Positions 44,474 through 57,461 of a DNA stretch of 64,000 nt are shown one piece after another. The stretch is taken from positions 10,540,001 to 10,604,000 of the forward strand of contig OX597837.1 of the NCBI GenBank assembly GCA_951406725.2, in the 5' to 3' direction. Source of the stretch: Octopus vulgaris. Taxonomy: Eukaryota. Position 1 is the stretch's first letter; each line of letters begins with the position of its first letter. The translations under genes were made by a program, and so were the position numbers. The notes under the pieces are model-generated. The model saw nothing but the letters and a program-made list of their open reading frames with translations, ran no database searches and was not told the origin of the DNA.

Positions 44474-44855
44474 ATAAATATAAGAGAGTGGTCACTATAT
44501 TGATCACTCTAGCACCAGTTAATCCAAAAGGTTTCAACCACGAAAATACATGTTTCCCATGAAAGCCAGTACGACTGTTAGCTCACACGGACAGGGCAAA
44601 TAAAAATAACAAAAATACAGATTATTTTGGGACAATTGTTTCGCTATTAATGAATTAAATGTAATATATTAAATGTAATTGTCCCAATATTAATTGTCCC
44701 AAAATAATCTGTATTTTTGTTATTTTTATTTGCCCTGTCCGTGTGAGCTAACAGTCGTACTGGCTTTCATGGGAAACATGTATTTTCGTGGTTGAAACCT
44801 TTTGATTAACTGGTGCTAGAGTGATCAATATAGTGACCACTCTCTTATATTTATT
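44473..44855. repeat. Near-perfect inverted repeat, ~165-bp arms, 54-bp spacer
   Basis: 44473-44637 is the reverse complement of 44692-44855 apart from a 1-bp indel. Confidence 0.92.
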
Positions 44856-45120
44856 TTGTGAAAATATTATAATATGTTATAAAATATTATAATAATCCAG
44901 GTTTCTCGTAGCACTAGGCCACTTGGTGTGGAATAAATATACTATTAAATTAGTATCTAATTCTCTCACCCTTATTAATTAATTAATTATATATATATAT
45001 AAATATATATATATATAAATATATATAAATATATATATAAATATAAATATATATAAATATATATATAAATATAAATATATATATATATAATATATATATA
45101 TATAATATATATATATATAA

Positions 45121-45179
<59 letters not shown>

Positions 45180-45183
45180 TATA

Positions 45184-45232
<49 letters not shown>

Positions 45233-45350
45233 AATATATATATATATATAAAAGATAAATATATATATATATATAAAAGATAAATATATATATATATAAA
45301 AAAGATAAATATATATATATATAAAAGATAAATATATATATATATAAAAG

Positions 45351-45394
<44 letters not shown>

Positions 45395-45395
45395 A

Positions 45396-45450
<55 letters not shown>

Positions 45451-45734
45451 GCATCGCACTTTGTACCTGAAATAAATTACTTTTACTAAATTTATTTTCT
45501 TTTCGCATTGTAATAAGATCTCCGCCTTCTTTATTTGTTAATTTTTTCAAAAAATATAATTAAAAAAAAACCCAACGAAACCTTTCTAATTATTCAACTA
45601 AAGGAGCAGGTCTCGAACCCTAAATTGGTCAACCTGAGCAATTTAGCCTTAGATTAACTCGAAAGTGTGACGTGTTGAGGCTTCCATCTTTCATGTATTT
45701 TAATAAATGGTTGATTGTTAGCTACAAGTTAGTT

Positions 45735-45987
45735 CAGTGGTTTTCGACCAGGGTCCGTATGACCCTTAGGGGTCAATATAAGATTTTCTGGTTAAAATTT
45801 ATGTGAAATAAAATCGGTTATACTTCTACAATGCTCAAAATATTTCAATATTTATTTTATACAATAACTGATAATATTTAATTATAAAAATATAAGAGGT
45901 TTCTTTTTTAATTAAACATCGAATGACTAAACGAAAAAAGGAAATCAAAGGGACTCTAAAGTATAAAAAAATGTTTGGGAACCGCTG
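45735..45987. mobile_element. hAT-type MITE
   Basis: CAGTGGTTTTC...GGGAACCGCTG termini and perfect 8-bp TSD AGTTAGTT (45727-45734 and 45988-45995). Confidence 0.85.
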
Positions 45988-46208
45988 AGTTAGTTGGTAG
46001 CGCAATTATATACATATATCGTGGGTGTAATATTTGAGGGTATATACGGGGTATATTTCTGGATTCGGGTAAAAAAATACAGGAAGCTCAGCTAATTATG
46101 ACTTAATAAACATATTCCCCCCCTCAGATTCACACACTTATTGTAGCGGTTATTATTGTAGCAGTTTTTTTAAAGTCCTGTAAAAAAAAAATTTTGAGTA
46201 TATACATA

Positions 46209-46243
<35 letters not shown>

Positions 46244-46320
46244 GTGTATACATATACGTACATACATATGCATATATATACATACATACATACATATACA
46301 TATATATATATAATTATATA

Positions 46321-46375
<55 letters not shown>

Positions 46376-46394
46376 CACAGGATGGTGAACACGA

Positions 46395-46810
46395 TTGTTT
46401 TAGATGTAGGAATTGATACGTATTGCAAGAAATGTTTAAGTTTCTTTCTCTCCCATTTTTCAAAGTTCAACCTACATAAAGCGAATGAGTGAAAAATCAT
46501 AAATAGGGATTTTTAAAGAAGTTTCTATAAAGCCAAGTTTTAAAGACATCGAATGTCTATAGGGGTCCACCAGAATAAAATTATAATCAAAGGGGATCCA
46601 TAGATAAAGAAAAATGGTTGAGAACCCCTGCTTTAGATGTGTGTATTGGTATGTTCTGCAAGAAACCGTTTAACCTACACAAGTTAAGGTGTGGAAAACA
46701 AATTAGGGATTTTGAAAGAAGTTTCTATAAAACTAGTTTTTAAACATCAAATGGCTATGTTGGGGTCCACCAGGATAAAATAGTAATCGAATGGGTCCAT
46801 AGAACCCGTG
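46395..46810. repeat. Diverged tandem duplication containing 3' halves of the same hAT MITE family
   Basis: Two units (about 46395-46630 and 46631-46810) share tttagatgt...gcaagaaa and agggattt...ggggtccacca...atccatag; the first ends GGTTGAGAACCCCTG. Confidence 0.6.
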
Positions 46811-47030
46811 AACTAAACCCCAACATGGTCGTAGTCCAATGACTGAAACAAGTAAAAGGCTTAATAAAGAAACTAACAGAAGACCTCAGAATGATTTATT
46901 CTTAAATTTCTGAAAAACCCGTTTATCCTCATCCTCATCTTGTTGTCCCCTTTTTGTTGGATATCCATTCCTTTCGGCTTTTGGTCAATCCACATCTTTG
47001 GGGATTTGTAAACCAATTCTTTTCATTCTC

Positions 47031-47461
47031 GGGATCTTTTCGGTTTGACCGGCAGTTTTTTTAAAAATAATTTCTAGGTAACTAAACACTTTTAAACTTC
47101 GTATACTGGTAGAATGTGTTTATAAAACATCTTTTTCTCTTGGCTTTATTGAGAAAATTCTATGGTTTGTAAGATATTTGTTGTTGTTTTTTTTCTTCAA
47201 TTTCTGCAATTTCAACCAATCAATGACGTCCATTAAGGTAAAAAACATTCTGTGCCGTATGAATATGTCCCTCGTTTAAGAGACATATTGGGTTTATTTA
47301 CATTTGTGAAGAAAAAAAGATACCCTTCCCCACACCCCTAACCCTAACCCAAACCCTAAAACAGATTGAAAGGCAATAGATCGACACTAGGGTCACAATT
47401 ATGGGTGACAATTTCATATGATACCCCTAGAAAAATCTGCCGTTCAAACCGAAAAGATCCC
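47031..47461. mobile_element. Non-autonomous DNA transposon (MITE) with ~25-bp TIRs, 6-bp TSD and internal (CCCTAA)n
   Basis: GGGATCTTTTCGGTTTGACCGGCAG / CTGCCGTTCAAACCGAAAAGATCCC TIRs; TSD ATTCTC at 47025-47030 and 47462-47467. Confidence 0.88.
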
Positions 47462-47722
47462 ATTCTCGTACGATCCAGTGCCCTCATCAAGGCTTGCTTC
47501 TAACAAAGTCATGTGAATTTTTATCTTTCTCCTTGTTTTTTTTTTCTTTTCAAAATATTCGCCTAAATCATAGATAATTGCGTTAAATCGATTTTATTTT
47601 CATCAGAAGATATTTCCAATAATTGTTGCACAATCTAAATATATATACAATGATATGGCTTGTTTTTATTTGTTTATTTATTTATATATTCAGATACGTA
47701 CATACACATATGTTCACATACA

Positions 47723-47773
<51 letters not shown>

Positions 47774-48055
47774 TTCCACATATAGATGCATCCCTTTCAA
47801 AGATACACATGTACATACTTACATATACATACATACATATATATATGTGTGCGTGTATGCGTGTGAGTGTGTGTGTGCGTGTGTGTGTGTGTTTATGTGT
47901 ATTTGTATATATATATATATACATGTAATACATGTATATGTATATATATGTATATATATATGTATATATATATATGTATATGTGTGTATATATATGTGTG
48001 TATTTGTATATATATATATGTATATATACATACATGTAATACATGTATATGTATG

Positions 48056-48088
<33 letters not shown>

Positions 48089-48159
48089 ATATATATATGT
48101 GTGTGTGTATTTATATATATATATATATATACGTATATACATACATTATATATATATAA

Positions 48160-48590
48160 TAGAAGGTTTGGAGATGATGTACAGGTATTATATATTAGAA
48201 GAAATGAGGTACTCAGAAATCCGGATGGTTTTATATTTACAGATATTTATTAGTATGTTACATGTTTTTATACATCCTATATCATATATTAGCGCTTTCG
48301 TCCATTCTAGTGAAGTTTTCAAATTGAACTTTATACATATGTATAGCGAGAAGTTGAGGTTATAAGAGATAATGGTGTCATTGAGACCCAAAGGTGTCAG
48401 GTAATGCTGAATAAGTGCTATAGACAGACCATATTTAAGTTCCAGATTCGGTAATTTTGCGAATAAAGGGTTCAACGTTGATTCTAAGTCAGCGTGTGTA
48501 CTTTTACTCTGCCAAACAAATAATTTGGGGTAATATGATAAAAAAATCCAAGGCTGTATAGATATTAGAGCATTACTTTCCATTTTGTAT
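48160..48590 (-). mobile_element. Possible 3' remnant of a Penelope-like element
   Basis: Minus ORF contains ALIQHYLTPLGLN, resembling the GIY-YIG C-terminal I....T..P.GLN motif; followed about 60 nt later by TTGAAAA...tggac GAAA gcgc TA hammerhead remnant (48286-48325), then (TA)n. Confidence 0.4.
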
Positions 48591-48630
48591 CACATCTAAA
48601 CAAACTATGACTTAACTATCCCCTCACATC

Positions 48631-48682
48631 GTCTCCGATGAAGGAAGGTAATTAATAAATATCCTAGAAACAGCTGTAAGAC
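48631..48682 (+). ncRNA. Hammerhead motif of the 30947 family
   Basis: gtct CCGATGA agga...tccta GAAAC agct GTA agac. Confidence 0.6.
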
Positions 48683-48728
48683 CACAGCCTTGGTTTTTTA
48701 TCATATTACGCAAAAACTTATATATATA

Positions 48729-48774
<46 letters not shown>

Positions 48775-48935
48775 GCAGGCTTCTTTTCGTTTCCGTCTAC
48801 CAAATCCATCACAAGGTTTTGGTCGGCCCGAGGTATGGTAGAAAACACTTGGCCAAGGTGCTACGCAGTGGGATTGAACTCGTATCCCTGTGGTTGGGAA
48901 GCAAGCTTCTTACCACACAGCCACGCCTGTGCCTA
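48775..48935 (-). mobile_element. SINE A 5' half
   Basis: Reverse head and body to gtttccgtctaccaaatcc. Confidence 0.8.
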
Positions 48936-49280
48936 TAATATATAAATATATGTATACATGTATGTATGTATGTATGTATGTATGTATGTATGTATGCATG
49001 CATGTATGTATGTATGTATGTATGTATGTATGTATGTATGTATGTATGTATGTATGTATGTACGTACGTATGCATCTATTTATGTATGCATAATTGTCAT
49101 ACTACTAGACTACTAGAAATAAGAGCTAAAATGCTGTTGCATTGGAGCATTTTAGCTCTTATTTCTAGCAATTTAGGTGTGTTTTAACACATTTAGTGAA
49201 AGTTATGATACTCCTTTTTGGTGAAACATTGTAACCTGCTGACTATATTCACGGAGTTCCATGTGAGCAAAAAGCAATTC

Positions 49281-49337
<57 letters not shown>

Positions 49338-49522
49338 TGTATGTGTGTAGGGACAGAGAGAGTGAGTGATTGAGCAGTGAATGTAATTCTGCTGCAAATT
49401 ATATATTAACACTGCATTGCGTCTGTCTGTCTCTCAATTTCTATTATTTCTCTCTCTCTCTCACTTTATAACTACTCACCTCAAATGTTGAAAGACTCAC
49501 AGGTATATATGAACGTATGTAT

Positions 49523-49566
<44 letters not shown>

Positions 49567-49783
49567 CGGAGATGTACTCGCATAGCAAGTAATTTGATCT
49601 GAGATCGTGTGCTGAAACGAAAACAATTGCAGCGTGGGAGGTGTTAATGAGGATTAATGGAGGATGAAATATTATCCTACATAATAAGCGCATACAGGGT
49701 GTGTGTGTGTGAGTGCATGCGTGTCTGTGTGTCTTGGGATCTGGACAGAATTGTCCCAGACCTGTTCACTGACAAAGTCCGTG

Positions 49784-49823
<40 letters not shown>

Positions 49824-49839
49824 ATATATATATGTATAA

Positions 49840-49875
<36 letters not shown>

Positions 49876-49926
49876 GTATGTATATATATATATATATATG
49901 TATGTATATATATATATATATGTATG

Positions 49927-49957
<31 letters not shown>

Positions 49958-50036
49958 ATATATATATATATTTATGTATATATATATATATATATTTATG
50001 TATATATATATATATGTATGTATATATATATACATG

Positions 50037-50078
<42 letters not shown>

Positions 50079-50532
50079 TGTATGTAAATATGTGTGTGTG
50101 TGTGGTGTCTGTGCATTCTCCCTACCTCTATTCCTCTCTCTCTCTTTCTCTATCTCCCTCTCTCCCACCCATTCTCTCTTTCTGTTGTCCACGCCATTTT
50201 CTTCCCCCTACATATATATATATACTATATATATACATATATATATACATGTACATGACTATATATATAAGCATATACATATATATATATATATATATAT
50301 ACATACATGCATATGTATGTATATTGTTGGGTTTTAGGGAGAAAAATTCTGTTTAAAGCCTTATTGATAAACACACTCACCGGTTCGATTTCCACTCATT
50401 TACTTTCCTTTTTTTCTAAAATTTCCGTTGCTTCTTGCAACCTCTTCAGGTGTTGTTGAATATATATATAGACTCACGTAAATATATATATATGTATGTA
50501 TGTATATATATATATATATATATAAATGTATG

Positions 50533-50568
<36 letters not shown>

Positions 50569-50600
50569 CATACATACATATGCATATATATACACATACA

Positions 50601-50631
<31 letters not shown>

Positions 50632-50844
50632 GCATATATATATATATATACACATATATACATACATACATATATATATATGTACATACATACTTATGCA
50701 TATATATGTATGCACACACATACACATATTATAATCATATATACAAATATATATGCATATATACAGACGTATATATATATATGTATATATATACATATAT
50801 ATATATACATATATATATATACATATATATACTTAGTAATATAT

Positions 50845-50883
<39 letters not shown>

Positions 50884-50952
50884 TAGTAATATATATACAT
50901 ACATACATACATACATATATATATATATATACTTAGTAATATATATACATAC

Positions 50953-50983
<31 letters not shown>

Positions 50984-51002
50984 CTTAGTAATATATATAT
51001 AC

Positions 51003-51052
<50 letters not shown>

Positions 51053-51722
51053 GTATATACTTATATTTATGTGTGTACGTGTGTACGTATACACATAAAA
51101 ATATGTGTGCTTTTGTATACGTGCTAAAAATACCGTCTACATCGACCACACATTCCAACATCATGCATAGCTATTTCTCCACGGAGTTCCATGTGAGCAA
51201 AAAGCAATTCGAAGGAGGAAGTTTCGTTGGATCGTTAAAAACATAAATCAATGAATTAAAAAATGGGATGTGCAGCAATGTGCACGATATCATTGGCTGA
51301 ATGTATATATGTGCTGCACATTATCTGAAACGTACAGCTATGCAGTAAAAGGAGTCGCTGCCTGCTTTTTCTTTAAGCGACCAATCAGAATCGCTGAAGG
51401 GCGGCAAATGTTGAAAGCGTCATTTTGGTTGGTTTGTTGGCTGGCTTGTTGGTCGGTTGGGTTGCGTATTTTGTTCGTTCCGTTCTGGAAGATGATGATG
51501 ATGATGATGATGATGTGGATGTGGTTGTGGGTTTTGGGGTGTTGATGGTGGCCAGCTAATAGACGTCGCTTGGTCGTGTAATGAGGATTAACGGAGGATT
51601 GAAATATTATCCTGCATAATAAGCGCATACAGGGTGTGTGCGTGTGCGTGCGTGTGTGTGTCTTGGGATCTGGACAGAATTGTCCCAGACCAAGTCTTAC
51701 CTGATCACACGCGCCTATGTGG

Positions 51723-51765
<43 letters not shown>

Positions 51766-51768
51766 ATG

Positions 51769-51799
<31 letters not shown>

Positions 51800-52009
51800 A
51801 TATATAAGATGATATATATATATATATATATGATATATGTAAGATGATATATATATATATGATATATATAAGATGATATATATATATATATATGATATAT
51901 ATAAGATGATATATATATATATGATATATATAAGATGATATATATATATATATAGATAGGTAGATAGATAGATAGATATATACATGTATATATATATATA
52001 TATATCATC

Positions 52010-52040
<31 letters not shown>

Positions 52041-52206
52041 TGTATGTCTATATATATATGCATGTATATCTATATATATCTATATATATCTATGGCTATC
52101 TATCTATATATATATGATATATATATATATATATATTATATGTCTGTATATATATATGTATATCTACATATATATATATATATATATATCTACATATATA
52201 TGTATG

Positions 52207-52281
<75 letters not shown>

Positions 52282-52282
52282 G

Positions 52283-52335
<53 letters not shown>

Positions 52336-52546
52336 GTCTAGGGAGAGTCATTCTGTTTTAAAGCCTTATTGATAAACACACTCACCGGTTCGATTTCCAC
52401 TCATTTACTTTCTTTTTTTTCTAAAATTTTCGTTGTTTCTTGCAACCTCTTCAGGTGTTGTTGAAACGTTATTCACAGAAAGAGTCTTGCAAACCAAATA
52501 CAAAAACGAAGTATATACATGTATGTGTGTGTGTGTATACATACAA

Positions 52547-52577
<31 letters not shown>

Positions 52578-52741
52578 GTCTATATATACATATACATATA
52601 TAGATAAAAATACATATATATATATGAGTATATATGTAAACATATATATATATACATATATAGATATATATACATATATATATATGAGTATATATATAAA
52701 CATATATAGATATACATATATTTTTGAGTATATATATGTAA

Positions 52742-52778
<37 letters not shown>

Positions 52779-52854
52779 AACATATATATATGCATATATA
52801 TATATACTTATGTATATATACATATATATATATGTATATATATATATACGTATA

Positions 52855-52898
<44 letters not shown>

Positions 52899-53531
52899 TA
52901 CATATATATATCTGTATGTGTGTAGATATATAAATACACACATACACACATACATGCACACATACGTACACATACGTACGTACACACATACATACACATA
53001 AAAACACACATACAAACAAACATACATACATGCATACATAGATATATACATACATACATACATTCATTCACACAAACATATATATATACACATATTCTTT
53101 TATTCTTTTAATTATCGTATGTATGTATGTATGTATGTATGTATGTATGTATGTATGTATGTATGTATGTATGTATGTATGTATGTGTGTACATTATCTG
53201 AAATCTTCCTGTCAGGAAAAAACTGATTTCTTACAAATCTAAATCGCTCTATTGATGGAATATAACACAAGAAAACAATGTCACATTCCGAACTTCAGAA
53301 TAGTCTTGCACATGTACACTGTTCCGCTTACAGGTTGTATTTCTTACGTGTGTGCGTGTGTGTGTTAGCTGGATGATTTCTTTTTCTGAAAACCCTAGTT
53401 TATCCAGATGGTCACGTAGAGATTTACCAACAAAACCAAAAAGACCAATTGTTCTGGGATTAACGGGAGTTTATTATCTGAGTATAGAAGCTGTAAGTGT
53501 GTATGTATGTGTGTGTATAGATAGATATGTA

Positions 53532-53578
<47 letters not shown>

Positions 53579-53744
53579 GCATATAAATTTATACAAATAC
53601 ATACATATATACATGTATATATTTATATATGCATATATACACATCTATATATACATATTAATATTATATATATGTATATATTTTATTATATATATATATA
53701 TGTATACGATTGTGTATATGTAGATACGTACATTTATACATACA

Positions 53745-53787
<43 letters not shown>

Positions 53788-53843
53788 GTGTGTATAAAAT
53801 ATATATGTACATAGGTAACTAGGTAGCTTCAAGTGTTTATATA

Positions 53844-53879
<36 letters not shown>

Positions 53880-54421
53880 AATGCGTCTGTATAGACGTAT
53901 GTGTGTATATATAAGTTTGTGTTAGTGTGTGTGTATGTGTCTGTTTGTTTATATACAGACTTATAGACAGGTATATACATGCAAGTATTTATACATAAAT
54001 GTATATTTATTGATGTATTTAAATACATGTATGTTTATATGAATTAATGTATATATGTATATGTGTGTGTGCGTGTTTGTGTGAGTATAATATTTTTCTA
54101 TAATTGGTTTCATTTATCAAGCTACGACCACGCTGGAGTAACGCCTTCGAATTTATAGACGAAATCGACCCCAGCATTTACAGTCTCGTATTTATTTTAT
54201 CGTTTTCTGTTTGTTGGAGAGCTAAGTACCCTTTTGAAGTAGCGGTTAGACATCTACACATTTCGTTTTACACCATATGCACACAGACACATTGAAACAC
54301 ACATATACACACACACATATACACGCACATATACAAAGATGGACCGACAGACAGATTGGCCGACAGGTGGCTTCATGGAAGAATGTATGGGTTGATCGAT
54401 GATAGATAGATAGATAGATAT

Positions 54422-54501
<80 letters not shown>

Positions 54502-55382
54502 ATAGATACCTTTATGCATGCATAGATTATATATATATCTTACTTTTATATTATATTTAGTGTGTACACACATTTAGTGTGTACACATATTCAGTGTGTA
54601 CACATCGATTAGAGGGGTCTCCAAGTCGTCAGCGTCACGTGAGCATATCATAGATTTCGCATAAGACACATGCCTGCTTGAAGAATTTCACGTTTTCCGC
54701 TTTATTTCTAGCCCTGCATGGCTTATTTTTTATATCTTGCACTATGTCTGTTTCCATTTCCAAGTTAAGGATAAAAATAAAGCAACCCTGCAAAACACAA
54801 CTGATCTTTACACACGAACCCACAGAATAACACAAATCAAATAATGACCACTGAGTGCTCAACAAACATCCGTGGTCTGACTGTCGCCTGTATTTCTTGA
54901 CAAGAGATGCCAGTTTGTCTCTTACAACTACCAGGATCTTTCGTATTGCTGGATAATTTTTCTTTCCTTTAAGAATATTGCAGAACGGAAACTTTTCATA
55001 GATTGGAATTTAAATCTTAATCTCTATAGAAATTTATTGTCCCAAGAAAAAAATTGAATTTGAATTACTTTTAATTTTTACGATTATAAATAACAACCCG
55101 GGCTGTGAGTTCTGAGTTCGAGTCAGGTACGTGTGAACGATGTCGGGAGAACATCTGCTATGAAGGATATTTTTTGACACAGGGCACCACTAAGACGACC
55201 GCGAGGCCCTGAACAAAAATAAACTGCGACCAGCTTCAATAAAAGGAGCCCGAGTTATTGGCTGCAATTACTTACTTGAAGTCAGTGATGGCAGAAATTA
55301 GATCAGTTTGCTAATACATGTTCACCTTATTAAACTTATACCCAGGCTAAGCCTGAACAGCCAAGTGCCGGAATCACCACTG

Positions 55383-55432
<50 letters not shown>

Positions 55433-55882
55433 TATCTAAAAACTTGTGTGCATTTTGTTGGCGAAAGAAGTTCCTGGATTTTCCTGAAGAGAAAGCTGCA
55501 TAATGGACTCCTTATTCATTCGGAATTAGGAATTTTGCAGACTTCGAAACATATGTCGAAAATAAAATAAAGGAACTTTGTTAAATCTTCGCTCAGCTCC
55601 ATTCTTTCCTATACTTATAATATTAAATTAAACTTCAAATTTCCGCACTAAGGCACGGAGTATATGCCCTATGGTCGTAACTTCAACCGTGTTCTTTCTG
55701 TTGTGAGTTTGCTACCCAGGTATCGGTTATCTTTCGAATTATCCGTAATAAGATAATTCATTTATCTACTTAAATATATATATATATACTTTGATACTTT
55801 GATAGGTTTCGGCCATTATTGGCCCAGGCCATGTCTAACTTAATATATATATTAATAATATATTATTATTATTATTAATATA

Positions 55883-56603
55883 TGGAAATCGATATCGAAT
55901 TCTTCATAAAGATACACCTATATGAAAGACCTTATGTATTAAAAATATATAAATAAATAAATATAAAAATATAATGTATAAAATAAATTTGAAAGTTTAA
56001 AAGTTTTGAATTAAGTTTTTAAATTGAATTAGATTTTTGAAAACTTAAAAACTTAATTCAAAACGTTTAAACTTTCTAATTTATTTTATACATTATTCTC
56101 TTTACTCTTTTACTCTTTTACTTGTTTCAGTCATTTGACTGCGTCCATGCTGGAGCACCGCATTTAGTCGAGCAACTCGACCCCGGGACTTATTCTTTGT
56201 AAGCCCAGTACTTATTCTATCAGTCTCTTTTGCCGAACCGCTAAGTGACGGGGACGTAAACACACCAGCATCGGTTGACAGGCAATGCTAGGGGAACAAA
56301 CACAGACACACAAACACACACACATACATATATATACATATATACGACAGGCTTCTTTCAGTTTCCGTCTACCAAATCCACTCAGAAGGCATTGGTCGGC
56401 CCGGGGCTATAGCAGAAGACACTTACCCAAGATGCCACGCAGTGGGACTGAACCCGGAACCATGTGGTTGTTTAGCAAGCTACTTACCACACAGCCACTC
56501 CTGCGCCTATATTATATTTATATTTTTATATTTATATATATTTTTAATACATAAGGTCTTTCATATAGGTATATCTTTATGAAGAATTCGATATTGATTT
56601 CCA
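55883..56603. mobile_element. AT-rich foldback/palindromic element interrupted by a SINE A
   Basis: tggaaatcgatatcgaattcttcataaagata...aagttttt is mirrored by aaaaactt...tatctttatgaagaattcgatattgatttcca; the SINE at 56098-56508 splits the right arm. Confidence 0.75.
56098..56508 (-). mobile_element. SINE family A, full length
   Basis: (ctcttta)-type tail repeats, body and head ending ctcctgcgcc. Confidence 0.9.
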
Positions 56604-56736
56604 CCACACATAAGTAGGTAGAAGGAGTCTGGAACCTGTTAGTAATGTGTGTCGAGAATAATTATACAATAAGTTAATTATATTTTATAGTTGAAAAGTC
56701 GTTTCAATTCTCTGAGACGGAAATACGCGCTCGACC

Positions 56737-57461
56737 TTAACCCTTTTGTTACTGTATTTCTGTTGAGATGCTCTGTGTTTCTTTCAATTACTTTAAATAT
56801 AACAAAGAATTTAGTAAAATAACTTAGTATTATCATTAAGCTAGTGTTAGGAACATAAATTGTGACTAAGCTTTGGTGGAAGATTTTAATTCAAAACTTA
56901 TGAAAACAAGACATTTGTACTACAGAGTCAGAGATTGTTTCAGCCGGGTTAGTAACAAAAGGGTTAAGAATTGTTTCTCTATTATATATTTTAACCCTTT
57001 TGTTACCATATTCCTGTTGAGATGCTCTGTGTTTCTTTCAATTAATTTTAAATATAACAAAGAATTTAGTAAAATAATTTAGTATTATCATTCAGCTAGT
57101 GTTAGGAACATAAATGGTGGAAGATTTTAATTCAAAACTTATGGAAACAAGACATTTGTACTACAAAGTCAGAGATTGTTTCAGCCGGGTTGGTAACAAA
57201 AGGGTTAAGAATTGTTTCTCTATTATATATTTTAACCCTTTTGTTACCATATTCCTGTTGAGATGCTCTGTGTTTCTTTCAATTAATTTTAAATATAACA
57301 AAGAATTTAGTAAAATAACTTGGTTACCATTAAGCTAGTGCCGGGAACATAAATTGTGACTAAGGTTTAGTGGAAGATTTTAATTCAAAACTTCTGAAAA
57401 CAAGACATTTGTACTACAGAGCCAGAGGCAGTTTCAGCCGGGTTGGTAACGAAAGGGTTAA
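56737..57461. mobile_element. Three tandem copies of a piggyBac-like MITE
   Basis: Each unit is TTAA-CCCTTTTGTTAC...GTAAC(A/G)AAAGGG-TTAA (56737-56967, 56991-57208, 57232-57461), separated by an identical 23-bp linker. Confidence 0.88.
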
